Shown: piece by piece, positions 51,454 through 64,000 of the stretch | Layout: the number at the start of each line of letters is the position of its first letter | How positions within the stretch are numbered: the first letter of the stretch is position 1 | Origin: Octopus sinensis | Lineage: Eukaryota | Length of the DNA stretch: 64,000 nt | Assembly: GCF_006345805.1 (NCBI RefSeq) | Contig: NC_043000.1 | Location: forward strand, 137,950,001-138,014,000 | Direction of reading: 5' to 3' | Position numbers and translations under genes: made by a program | The notes under the pieces: generated by a model | The model's database searches: none | The model's input: only the letters and a program-made list of their open reading frames with translations | Told to the model about the DNA's origin: nothing

Positions 51454-53323
51454 GTGATGTCGATTTCGAACATAAAACCATAAATATAACGAGCAATTTT
51501 ATGAAAATAAATTATGTGATGGTTTTCGTTTAGAATTTTAAGTGATGTTTCATATCCCTCCACGATGTAATCTTATTTTGACAACACAAGTATAAAACAA
51601 ATACTCCACAACATTGCATCATTTTTTGTGAGAGAGGGAAGTCAGACACAAATGTTAAGTACTCAAAATCTTAGCTTGAAAAACTGTGAATCTCAAAGGG
51701 AAAACCGAGTAAGATTTTCTAAGGAAATCTACATAAGTTGGTACTAAGTTTGGCTTCTACTTATTTTTAAGAACTGTTACTGCGTATGCAATAATTCCGT
51801 TCCTATCGTATGCATTGCGATGCTATATAGAAATCACTGTTGCATAAACGTAACCAGTATAATTTCTCTATATAGGCGCTCTTAAATCACGGGAAACACT
51901 GTAGTGATGGTCAACAAATATTTCATGTAATAACGAACTCATGTGATAACTCATTATTGAAGTCTAACTGTTTAAAAACATGTGTCGAATCATTCTATTA
52001 AATACTAACCCGATGATGGTATACAGATATAATTATCACATTCAAGATCTGATGGAGTAGCGTTCTCTACACCATAAGGCATAAACCTATACGGTAGCGT
52101 ATAACAATTATCTAAACGTTAAATGTTCTCTCTTGAAAGTCATTAATAACCGTTCATCCATTATTTATGCAAATTTTGTAGTCCTTTAGCTAATTACAAA
52201 ACATCGACATATAATTAGTTATTTGAAGGTATAACCTGGGGAGTAAAATACGAAACGAAATGTTGAAAATAAACACTCACTACTTTAATTCTACTAATGT
52301 TCTCGAGCATGTCTTAATGAATTTAATACGGTTCAGTTAATTTTAGGATATTGAAAATTTTTCTAAGATTTGAATTACATCCACCATAATTATAGACACA
52401 TTTCTTTAAATGTAACCTTTATTTTACAAATATTTATTTATGCTTTAACTATTCATTATGCTAAAATAAAAGCTAATAGCTCTTCTGCATCAACGGATTT
52501 CATGTACATATATTGCAGTTTAAGCGTAGTCTGCTCTCGCTTGTATGTTGATCTCGTTGATGTCATTTGTGATAGCACAAGGATGATCAAGCAAAAAATA
52601 AATGCTACATTGATAGACATTTTGAAAGTAGTTTTTATAGCCTTGAGCATAAACTAGTGAAGGAAGGTGATCTATTTTTTGAATACTATGACTCACAACA
52701 TTATATATTTACAGCCATCATAAATTATCGCCTGATAGCCTGTGATATTATGCTTATAACTAACCAGAAGGGAAGGATAAAACAGTGGTAAGGTAAATGG
52801 TCACCTTTTGGGGAACTATCTCTAAAATAAATACTAAAATAATATTTATTAACGACAGAAAGCAGTATTAATATCAAAGTATAATAAATTTATTCCCACG
52901 TAAAAGTACATGTTGTGTTAGAACACGGAATACTGCGGTAGTTACTGAAACTCCCATATTGGTTTTTGGTGCATATACACACTTTTGTTTATATCGCTTG
53001 CGAGACATAGGTCTCCGGCATCACTAGTGCTGAGATTATCAGATCACGTGATTTTGGCGTTCCCTGACCTTGTCGATGGTAGAATTTCAGGCGCTAGAGA
53101 TACCGCTGTTCCTACTACGGAATTACCCAGAACTTCACTGTCTAATCAGGAACTTGTGTTGCAAATAGGTACAGGGTTTATTAAAAGCTAATTATTTGTA
53201 TCAGAAGCACTATTAATATCACAGAGTAATATTTGTTCCCACTTAAAAGTGGGTGTTGTATAACCTTAAAAATAACGTTGGTTATTGCGGTAGTTACCTT
53301 GAGCTATCTCTTGTTTCCTTTTG

Positions 53324-53371
<48 letters not shown>

Positions 53372-53561
53372 ACGGGCTTTATGGAATAGTAAGGTAATAA
53401 TGTTAGTTTTAGTATCCTATTGAGGATACATTTTATAGGCTAGGGCTAGCACAACGTCACAAGGGCGCTGGCAATTTCGAGGCATTTGCAAAAATATTGC
53501 AAAATTATTGCAAAATATTGAGCAGATGATTTGTAGTAATTAATTAGAATCTTACCAACTA

Positions 53562-53815
53562 GATAGTTGCGGTTTCAGTCACTGCATAGCAACTTGGGCA
53601 AGTGTCTTCTACCATAGCAATCCAAAGCCTTTTGCGTGGGTTTGGTAGACGGAAATTGAACAGAAGCCCGCGTATATACATACATACATATACATATATA
53701 TATATACATCCTTTCGGGGTCGATAAATTAAGTACTAGTTGCGTACTGGCGTCGGTCTAATCGACTGGCCCCCTTTCCAGATACTTCGGGCCTTGTACCT
53801 AAAGTAGGAAAGGAC
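53562..53815 (+). mobile_element. Chimeric SINE: family-A 5' half joined via microsatellite to family-B 3' half
   Basis: cttgggcaagtgtcttctaccatagc...ggtagacggaaattgaa, then (taca)n, then catcctttcggggtcgataaattaagtac. Confidence 0.75.
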
Positions 53816-54492
53816 ATTGAGCGTTCTGTTACACCGTCACATTTGTTCAAATGGATCGATTATGTAACTGATTTCATTTCATTGTTAAGATTTTGGAACC
53901 GAAATCAAAAGATATTCAGTCAAGAAAACCTTTTGAAACGTTTCAAAAACAAACAAAGCGGAATAAAAACATAACTATGTTAATATACAATCTCATTCCG
54001 TCGTACTAAATTCTTTAATTAAGTGTACGATGTCGTAACATTCGAACACATGTCAGGTCAGGTGAACAATGATGTAGAAATGGAGTTCTTATAATAGTCG
54101 AAGCTTCGGAAAGTGCAACGATTCTAAAGTGTTTCATTATCTATGATACTTATCAGGAGAAGCATCATGTTTTCCCATTCAGCATGTGGTGTGGAGTATG
54201 TGTGTGTATTTGTGTGTGTGAGTGAGTGTGTGTAATCGGGTATACAGGTGTATTTACGTGTTTTGCATGTTAAATCTATACTATTAAATATGGCAGCGTT
54301 CCGATATAGAAATTATAAACCACATATCTTTTATGCATAAGATATATGTGATATTGGTAGAATATCTAAAATAAAACACATGCACATACGCATATATATA
54401 TATATATATATGCATATAAAATATATATATGATATATATATATGTGTAACTATCTCTCTTTCTGTCTGTCTGCCTGTCTGTCTGTCTGTCTT

Positions 54493-54539
<47 letters not shown>

Positions 54540-55810
54540 TGTAGGACAAAAAGAACACCATTCATTTTGGATTCACTCATTGATTACAATCAACGTATAT
54601 AAAATTGTCATGATTAAGGTACCAGTAGCAAAATCTTGTGATAATATCACGGAGACACGGTGCCAATGCTGTGTCGTAAAATCTAGAAAACATCCATTTG
54701 GCCACGTTTCCCTTACATGTTTGTTTATCATATTTTATTGATCGTGAGTGGATCGAGTCTATACAAATACTCAAGGAGGCGCATACAAATTCCCAACTGA
54801 GCCACGTCAAATACTAAAACCGACAAATTTTTTTTATATATTTGCTTGCAATTGTTCTCTTGTAGATGAGAAAATGCCATGCAATTTAAATGAGTAACAC
54901 GCAGCAATGACAGCTGAAAAATAATGCTTGAAGAAAGTGTTACTGGCTTCAAGAAAAGAGAAAAGTTAATCTTGGTCGCTAGTGGTGCTTTATAGTAACA
55001 TACGTATTGGATGTCTATAATTTTAATACAGCGGGTTGCTGTGTTCAAGTATAAAATTTCATATCATTTTGTATATGAACAGTATAGTTCTAATATATGA
55101 GGTGACCTTAAAGTGAACTGATTTTACCAAATAGAAACAATCTTAACTTATTTAAGCCTATAATTCCCTTTTGATATGGAGCTCATAACTCTCATTCCTC
55201 TCTTCTTTAGGTTTATGAAATCATATCCTGGTCAAATGTTAATATTCTTCTATATCAGAACTTCACGAATACCTTGTAGTAGAATTATGTCTCTGGGGGT
55301 TGTTTTCACAATCCAGATTCTTTCTTTACGCATGGTTTGTTTACTTCAGTCTGTAGTTGTAACAAATTGTCTGTGAGGAGAAAAAAATCTATGTTTTCAT
55401 CTCTTCCCTGCAACCATCAAATATTCATCTACTATCATAAATCGAATCACACAGCCAATAACTACAATTTTCACGCTACCTTGTCAATCAGTCTAATCGA
55501 TTGTTTTCACAATTTCAAAAACGTTGTGAAGTTTTTATTCATCAAAGTTTTTTAAAAACTGTGATTAATTAATTCCAGTTTAGAATTCTTTGATGTAGTT
55601 TAAATTCATTCCTCTCTTTTTTTATATTTTACTTCTTTAGTCTTTATTTTAGAAATATTATACTCAGTTTCTTTAGTAAACATATTGTGAACAGACGTTT
55701 TGCTGAATGAATAGTCCGTCGCGCTGTGGTATACCGGTTCATATCAGGAAGTTCCGCTTTGTCCCACATCTCTATGTAATGTTATCATTATTCGATATTT
55801 CAGAGGGGCT

Positions 55811-56010
55811 AAGGCGGTGAGCTGGCAGAGTCGTTACCGCGCCGGAGAAAATGCTTAGTGGTTTTTCTTCAGATATTATGTTCTGATTTCAAGTGCTACC
55901 AGGGCCAACTTTGCCTTTCATTCTTTCGGGGTCGATAAAGTAAGTATCAGTTGAACACTGATGTAATCGATTATCCTTTCTCCTGGGCTTGTGTCAAAAT
56001 TTTAAACCAA
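55811..56010 (+). mobile_element. Family-B SINE, diverged
   Basis: aaggcggtgagctggcagag head; ctttgcctttcattctttcggggtcgataaag core. Confidence 0.8.
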
Positions 56011-56056
56011 TATTCCAGATGTCTCTAATTCCCTCGCTATTGCTTTTCTCTATCTT

Positions 56057-56059
<3 letters not shown>

Positions 56060-56094
<35 letters not shown>

Positions 56095-56366
56095 GTAAGA
56101 CAGATAAATAAGTAGATAGATACTGATATATTTGTGCATGATATTCTATTATACTTTGCATTCTCTCTCTCTTTCTCTCTTTCTCTCTCTCTCCTTCTCT
56201 GTAAGATAGCTAGAGATGTAGATAGATACTGATATATTTGTATATATCTTTCTATTCATATTTCGTATTCTCTCTCTGTAAGACAGATAGAGAGGTAGAT
56301 ACTGATATATTTATGTATATCGTTCCATTTATATTTCGTATTTTCTCTCTCTCTCTCTCACTCTTT

Positions 56367-56409
<43 letters not shown>

Positions 56410-56480
56410 GACAGATAGAGAGGTAGATATAGATACTGATATAATTATGCATAATGTTCTATTTATATTTTGTATTTTCT
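56060..56480 (+). repeat. Minisatellite: four ~75-bp units separated by variable (TC)n
   Basis: ctgtaaga(c/t)ag...gtagatactgatata...tatttcgtatt units start near 56093, 56199, 56276 and 56403. Confidence 0.85.
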
Positions 56481-57352
56481 TTGGGGTTTAACAGAAAGAA
56501 CCTATATCATACTATATACTGTAACGTAGGATGCACAGACATTTTGGTAAGTGTACATGTTTTTATTCACAAGGAATATTGAAGACAGAACAACCTAGGG
56601 ATCTTTGACCATCTTCCAATATAATATTGACGTTACTACCTTGTTATGAAATGTTAGTAATAGTTCACGACGCGTAAGATATAGGTTTAACGTAGGTGCA
56701 CATTTTGTTTCGTAAATAAATGTAACCACTAAAAATATTTTGAAATATACGGACAGATACATACCGGCATTTATATGTGTGCGGCGTGTATGTGTGTTTG
56801 TGTTTGCGTATGAGTGTATACTTGCGTACGTGTATGCATGTGTGTGGTGTATATGTATGTATGCGTCTGCATGTGCGTATATGTGTGCTTTCATGTCTGT
56901 GTGTGTGCAATCTGTCATACATATGTGTGAACGTAATCCCTTAGCATCATTTAACGAGATTTTGCTAGCTTATAATGCGATTTGTTTCTGATAAGTCTTT
57001 TTTAATTCGTGAAGAATTTCATTATATCTAAATTTGGAAAATAATTTTACATAAAATACATATGATCATGACTTGCTCAAGGTGTCTTGTATTAGATTCC
57101 CAACGTTTCCAAAATAATTTAATGCTTATACAAAGTCAGTAATATTTATGAACTTACTTATATTTTAGACGCTGTCTTGCTTTCTTGTCAACAGAAAAGC
57201 TTATTTCATAAAGAACGAACAAAGTAAACTACTTTTATATTTCTATCCCTACTTATTGAATGAATTCGATATTTTTAGTCCTATTCACTATACGACTACT
57301 ATATTTTTGCCCTTCCTCAGAAAGAAGTTGACATCAAGCATGTATATAAAGT

Positions 57353-57733
57353 GAGGCGCAATGGGCCAGTGGTTAGGGCAGCGGACTCGCGGTCATAGGA
57401 TCGTGGTTTCGATTCCCAGACCGGGTGTTGTGAGTGTTTATTGAGCGAAAACACCTAAAGCTCCACGAAGCTCCGGCAGGGGATAGTGGTGATCCCTGCT
57501 GTACTCTTTCACCACAACTTTCTCTCACTCTTACTTCCTGTTTCTGCTGTACCTGTATTTCAAAGGGCCGGCCTTGTCACTCTCTGTGTCACACTGAATA
57601 TCCCCGAGAACTACGTTAAGGGTACACGTGTCTGTGGAGTGCTCAGTCACTTACACGTTAATTTCACGAGCAGGCTGTTCCATTGATTCGGATCAACCGG
57701 AACTCTCGTCGTCGTAACCGACGGAGTGCTTCC
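57353..57733 (+). mobile_element. tRNA-derived SINE (family D), full length
   Basis: A-box tgggccagtgg, B-box gtttcgattcc; 9-bp TSD atataaagt (57344-57352, 57734-57742). Confidence 0.88.
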
Positions 57734-58445
57734 ATATAAAGTAAGCAAATCTACAAAGTGAACGTTTGCGATTTCAACCCTGTTGAATTATATATGCAAA
57801 ATATGAACGAATATATTCTTTACTTCTAGCCGTAGCTATGTCCCATGTTTTAATTGCCATCTCCTTGATAGACGAAGTATAGAATTAACTATACTTCTCA
57901 CAATAAGTCTGTTAGAAATGTTGTACATCATTTATTTTCCTCTGTTGTGTTATATAAAATATAATGTACTTTTATATAACTGAATAGATAATCTCTTTGC
58001 GTAGACTTAGTAATTACTGCAGAGGCAAAAGCACATGATATTACATAGCAATATATTTACATAAGGAACATGTCACCTAGGTAGGTAAGGTAGATCGATA
58101 ACACCATTTTCCTTTGATTGCAAGATATCTACCTACTTCAATAAAATTATGAAGTTCACTCTGATTACTATGCATAAAATTCAGAAAAGTCTAGTTTTTG
58201 TAGATTAGGTTGGCATAATTCGCCATTGCTTTTCAATCTCAGTATTTAAGCTATACACAGTACTGCTGTAGTGCACGCGCTACACACACTCCTACAACAC
58301 TGTTTTCTTTACGTGCTATAAAGGCAAAAATAAATCTGCTTTCACTTCAGTCACACGTCTGTGTTTCGTTTATTTTCTGTGTGTTTTACTGCATGAAGTT
58401 CACCAACTGCCTACCCTGAGTAATTACTGACGGCATGTGCCTGAT

Positions 58446-58696
<251 letters not shown>

Positions 58697-59091
58697 ATTC
58701 ATATAGTTGAAATGTTACACAGCTATCCAGAGTTTAATAAAATAAAAAAATTCTACTTAAATTGTTATATTCATGAATGAAGGAAATAACGACGTTAACG
58801 ACAGGATGAAATATTACTTCGTGCTGGTATTTTCAATTTCTAACCAATGGAAGTTTGAGAAAACAAAGAGTAAGTAAACAAATGGACACAGCAATACATA
58901 TTTGCACTTGTGAAATTAAACTCACGAGGTTATTTTAAATGTCAGTGTTTGAACATGCTGGAGAACGCATTGACATTTGGACAGTATGATTCATACTCAA
59001 GATCACTCTAAACACTATTGTCCATAATAATGGTGTCGTTTCACGGCTCACGCGTTTTCGCGAAGAGCACCACGCGTTCAATGTTTTATTG

Positions 59092-59446
59092 TGTTGTGTG
59101 GAGGCCCACAGACGATGAAGTAGGCTAGCCCAATACGTAGATATAGAGGGAGAAGTCTAGACGTCGGGAGTTGATTAGAGGTCATTATACATTTTATGTA
59201 CCCCACGTTTTTGTGTTGCCTGTATTCGTATTGTCCCCTCTACTTTCAGGCTATATGCCGATAATAAAGAAATGATTTGAGTAGAGGTCACCGGAACGTG
59301 CGATATAACGGTGGCTCTCATCCTCGTCGCCACTGTTATATCGCATGTTCCGATGACCTCTACTCAACTCCCGACGTCTAGACTTCTCCCTCTATATCTA
59401 CATATTGGGCTAGCCTACTTCATCGTCTGGGGGCGTCCACACAACA
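59092..59446. mobile_element. Hairpin MITE with TGTTG...CAACA ends and 5-bp TSD (Ginger-like), carrying a 92-bp insertion
   Basis: TSD tattg (59087-91, 59447-51). 118-bp arms and 13-nt loop (59316-59328) once insert 59185-59276 plus one copy of its 14-bp TSD ttga(t/g)tagaggtca is removed. Confidence 0.85.
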
Positions 59447-61349
59447 TATTGTTAGGTACAGTGAGAGTATTTATGGCAGAACCTAGGAGTGATGTGAAGT
59501 CTCAGAAAGCTCTGCTCATATTTCAATATCATTTGACGGCTGGTGTTATTTCACTTTACATACTCGATGCTATATTTCATAAAATAAGTCTTTTACTTCA
59601 CAAGTTCTCATTTCGCAAACCACTATAGATCTATAAAGCTTCTAATGTATAACTATAACAGCAAGCAGAAACTTGCAGAACAGTGTGACCCAGCATTTCA
59701 CATTTGTTTTATTATATTATTTTAAACCGATATCGTACGCTGATGTTATAAAGAATATTATTTTATGAAATATGAATGACAGCAGTAACCAAATTACAAA
59801 GTTTCAAGATAACAGATAAAGTCTATAGCTGGGCAATTTTTCCAAATATACGAAGTTCATTCGGTTCTTACTTTTGTTATCTCTTTGTTTCATAGTTTCT
59901 ATTTATGTCTCTTACTCTCTGTGTCGTTTACTCACTAGCTCTCTCTTTCGCACTCGTTTCCTTTCTCTGGATTACTGAGTGAAACAGAAAATATCAATCT
60001 TTGCCTTGACTTATGTTCTTCTTTGGCTCAATGTATTCTCGTTTTTAGTGAAAGTATTGCAATACTTTGTTAGTATTGGTTCCTAATATGTAAAATGCGA
60101 TTTACTCTCATGATATAGTCAAAAACAATCATCATCGATTTTCATTGCAATAACTAGGCTAATCGAGAAATGCTTCTTGGCATGTCCGAAAATGATGGTC
60201 TCATTTCGCAAAGCAGTTCCTAACTACCATTTCTCCCCGAGTTCGTTTCCTTTGTTGATATTGTTGAATAGTCATTAATTAAAGATAGCTTGTAACATTT
60301 GATCTAGCAGAAATGATATTACATATGTTTAAAAGCTATATCATCGTCATTTATAAATTCCTCCAGATTTCACTGCTTCAATATACAAATTCCTGTCTTA
60401 CATCGTTAGCATATTCCACTATTCTTGACGTTCATAAAATGTCATAAATAGTGTCCATGTTATATTTTTATGTATTGCAATGTTTGTCTAGTAAAAACAC
60501 TTGATATAAGTCAAGGATCATTATATAGAGATTTAAGCACAGCCACTCGAACTCCCTCACAATGGATTCCGTAGAGGGGCATGGCATCTACTGAGTGTCA
60601 CAAGGAAATATTCTCATTAGATTGTTGAATGAACTATGGCTGCTCTACATATTTCCTTAATATATACAGTTGAGGATATGCACGCTTCAAGCAAAGAAGA
60701 GGACCCCTACAGGTTTCCTTTGACTATATCGAGGAGACTCTAACGTGCTAGTTCCAAATCGATAAGGAAAAGACCAGACCGTCGGTCTAATTGTTAGAAA
60801 TATTGGTCATATCGCATTCTGTGATCTTGAAACATATGGGAATTGGATAACGTAATGGGGATTGAACCGTGACTGATAGGATAGAGTACAAAACGTAATG
60901 AGTATACCTGATCAGAAGTGAAGTAGAACTGAACAAACAGTTATGTAATTTACGTCTTTCAAGTAATCATTTTGTATCACATTTCACATGACAGAGTTAC
61001 TTGCTAATTATTATTGTATTGGTGAACTATCATCGTAATGCTCAAATGAAATCGTTCACACACACCTAGTTAATTTGATTTAGCAACTCTAATTTAAACC
61101 ACCTTAAATTATAAATAGAAATTTACTGGAACACAATTCACTTTTCGCTATTCGATATAAGTAACCTTAAAAAATAAATTTAAGATAATTGTGCAGGAAG
61201 TGTCTAAGACTATCAATGATGTATTTCCTGTGTTTGTAGTAACAAATGTTCTATTCAGTCAAATATGTCAAATGCAATAGTCATAACAGGAAGCTAAATC
61301 ATGAAAGCCAAAGCAAAAGTGAAAAGCAGTTATATTTATAAACTATAAG

Positions 61350-61396
61350 ATGTATATAAATACACACACATATATATATATATATACACACACATA

Positions 61397-61427
<31 letters not shown>

Positions 61428-61815
61428 GTGTGTGTGTGTGTATACATACATATATACACACACACACACACATATATATATATAGAGAGAGAGAGAGACA
61501 TATATATATACATAAATATACACGTATGCATGTATATATATATATACACATGTATGTATATATATTCATATTTATATATATATTCATATATGTGCGTGTG
61601 TGCGTGCATGTCTATATATGTGTGGATCTATGTACGTGTGTGTGTCTGTACATATGGATATATATATATATATACATACACCCACAACGCGCAAATGCAC
61701 ATGCACCTGCGCACACGCGCACACGCACACGCACATGCACACGCGCAAACGCGCATGCACCTGCGCGCACACACACGCGCGCAAACGCGCATGCACCTGC
61801 GCGCGCACACACACT

Positions 61816-61881
<66 letters not shown>

Positions 61882-61930
61882 CATATACATGTGCAAATGT
61901 ACGTACAAATATATATATCTGTACATAGAT
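61350..61930. repeat. Compound TA/CA/CG microsatellite with embedded GC-rich subrepeat
   Basis: Direct inspection; gcgcaaa(c/t)gc(g/a)catgcacctgcgc x3 at 61688-61803. Confidence 0.9.
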
Positions 61931-62169
61931 ATATATTGTTTCTTCTTTTTAGGTATGTTTATACATCAAAGCATTAAATTGGAGGAACAGTGCATTCATG
62001 TTCAGTTGTCGAACAGATTGTAATTAAATTTTTCAAGGAAATAATTGACAGCTTCTTCGGTGTTTCAACTACGTAGCCCTCATCCAGATGTTTGAAAAGA
62101 TCTACATAACGGAGTCATAGAATTAACTGACAACCATTTTCTTGTAAAAATGAAATTAATACCAACTTC

Positions 62170-62200
<31 letters not shown>

Positions 62201-62470
62201 TGTATTATGTATGCATATATGTATGTATGTATGAATCTATGTATGTATGTATGTATGTATGTATGTAGTATGTATGTATGAATGTATGTATGTAAGTATG
62301 TATGTATGTATGTATGCATATATGTATGTATGTATATATGTACGTATGTATGTATGTATGTACGTATGTATGTATGTATGTATGTATGTATGTATGTATG
62401 TATGTATGTATGAATGTATGTATTTATGCATGCATGTATGTATATATGTCTGTGTATTTTTATATATATA
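62170..62470. repeat. (TATG)n microsatellite
   Basis: Direct inspection. Confidence 0.95.
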
Positions 62471-62942
62471 TATTATATATTACATATTTTCTATTAGATT
62501 GTTTCTCTCTCTTTCTTTCTCTCTCATTATATAAATACAAACATACACGCTTACACATGTGACAGCTGCCATGCGAGATTACCGCCGGAAGAGTTTCTCT
62601 TGACCGAATCAACTCCTGTACTTGTTTTCAAGTCTTGTATTTATTTTATTGAAGATTTGGACAAATTGTTCAGATACGAAGAAGGAAACAAACCAATAAA
62701 ACAACACCTTATTATAAAGGCGTGTGAAGTAACTATGGCAAAGACACACAATCGAACACACACACGCTCACACATACACCATGCGGTTTTCGTCAGCTAA
62801 ATTTATTCACAAGGCACTGCTCAATCAATGTCTGTAAAATGCATCTACGTGATTTCGAATCAAACAACTTAAGCAAACAGACATGCCTTTATATGTATTT
62901 AAATCTTGATATCATTTATATTCTGCCTTCATATGTATATAT

Positions 62943-63249
62943 TGTTTGTTCTTTCTCGAAGCACGCCTGGCTCATAAGGGCCGGTTTCCCGGTTTCCTTG
63001 GCGTATTAGATTCCCCACCTGGACGGGACGCCGGCCGGTCCGTCGCAGGTGAGCTGCAAGATGCAAGAGGAAAGAGTGAGAGGAAGTTGTGGCGAAAGAG
63101 TGAGCAGAAGTTCGCCATTACCTTCTGTCGGAGCCAGGCGGAGCTTAGGTGTTTCGCTCATAAACACACACATCGCCCTGTTTGAGATTCGAACCCACGA
63201 TCTCTCGACCGCCAGTCCGCTGCTCTAACTACTAGGCTATGTGCCTCTA
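62943..63249 (-). mobile_element. tRNA-derived SINE related to family D head
   Basis: Minus head tagcctagtagttagagcagcggactggcggtcgagagatcgtgggttcgaatctc; 13-bp TSD catatgtatatat (62930-62942, 63250-63262). Confidence 0.85.
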
Positions 63250-63335
63250 CATATGTATATATACATGTGTGTGTGTGTAATCAACTAGGCCATGTGCCTC
63301 TACATATGTATATATACATGTGTGTGTGTGTGTGT

Positions 63336-64000
63336 AATCAATCGATCCAGGAATATCATTTCCTCATTCTATGGCTTTCTGCCGAGTTGGTAAGTTAATT
63401 GTTTTGCTCGCAGCACGATTTCTGTTCTGCTTCGATTCCGAGTTCGATTCCAGGCAGTGACCTGATTAATAATAATAATAATAATAATAATTATTATTAT
63501 TATTATTATTATTATGCGTTTACATATCTTTTCACAACAATACGTGTGCCCTATTATAGTCACAAATTAATTGGAAAATTCTGGATTTGCCATTTATCGG
63601 CTTTTGCTTGTTAGCCACCTATATTATTGTTGCTATTATTCATTTTATTAATGATAATATTTAATAATAATATCTATATAAATATTTACGAATATTCCTT
63701 CATTCAGTAATTCTATACACTGATACCGTTTTTGAATTTGGCGCTAGCTTTTCGGCGGTTACCTAGCACGACGAATCGAGCAAAGATTTCAATTCTAGGA
63801 ATATAGTGGGACCTGCTGATGATAATTAAAGGAGGGAAACACTCAAACTGTGAAATCAATCGATCCAGGAATATCATTTCCTCATTCTATGGCTTTCTGC
63901 CGAGTTGGTAAGTTAATTGTTTTGCTCGCAGCACGATTTCTGTTCTGCTTCGATTCCGAGTTCGATTCCAGGCAGTGACCTGGTTAATAATAATAATAAT
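63336..64000 (+). repeat. 518-bp-period direct duplication containing a tRNA-like head and (TAA)n
   Basis: 63336-63482 vs 63854-64000: 147 bp with one mismatch. A-box-like tgccgagttgg (63380-90), B-box gttcgattcc (63442-51). Confidence 0.85.

Noticed and set aside
52985-53191. Slightly GC-richer 68-aa ORF
   Set aside because: No recognisable motif and ambiguous splice sites.
57353-57425. tRNA-like sequences (also at about 12170-12234, 15235-15300, 63170-63249)
   Set aside because: These are SINE heads continuing into repeat bodies with TSDs, and they do not fold into complete cloverleaves.

Overview
AT-rich, extremely microsatellite- and transposon-dense eukaryotic DNA. The tRNA-derived SINE families and repeat landscape match what I recall of Octopus genomes; this is inference, not a database result. 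I find no intact, confidently identifiable cellular gene, and most ORFs in the supplied track are translations of microsatellites. Recognisable elements: Penelope-like (PLE) pieces (RT with YRDD, GIY-YIG, 3' repeat with a hammerhead-like motif); CR1-, RTE- and Tx1/L1-clade LINE fragments; a rosa/DD41D and a mariner Tc1/mariner relic; a Buster/Charlie-type hAT relic with TIRs and TSD; about a dozen tRNA-derived SINEs. The most unusual structures are a young Tx1-like LINE sitting inside a (GATA)n array, a 622-bp near-perfect foldback, a TG...CA hairpin MITE with a 5-bp TSD, a pair of near-identical ~280-bp direct repeats, a 518-bp-period duplication carrying a tRNA-like head, and a Cys-rich PAN/apple-like ORF with weak candidate exons. 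All coordinates and alignments were done by eye.
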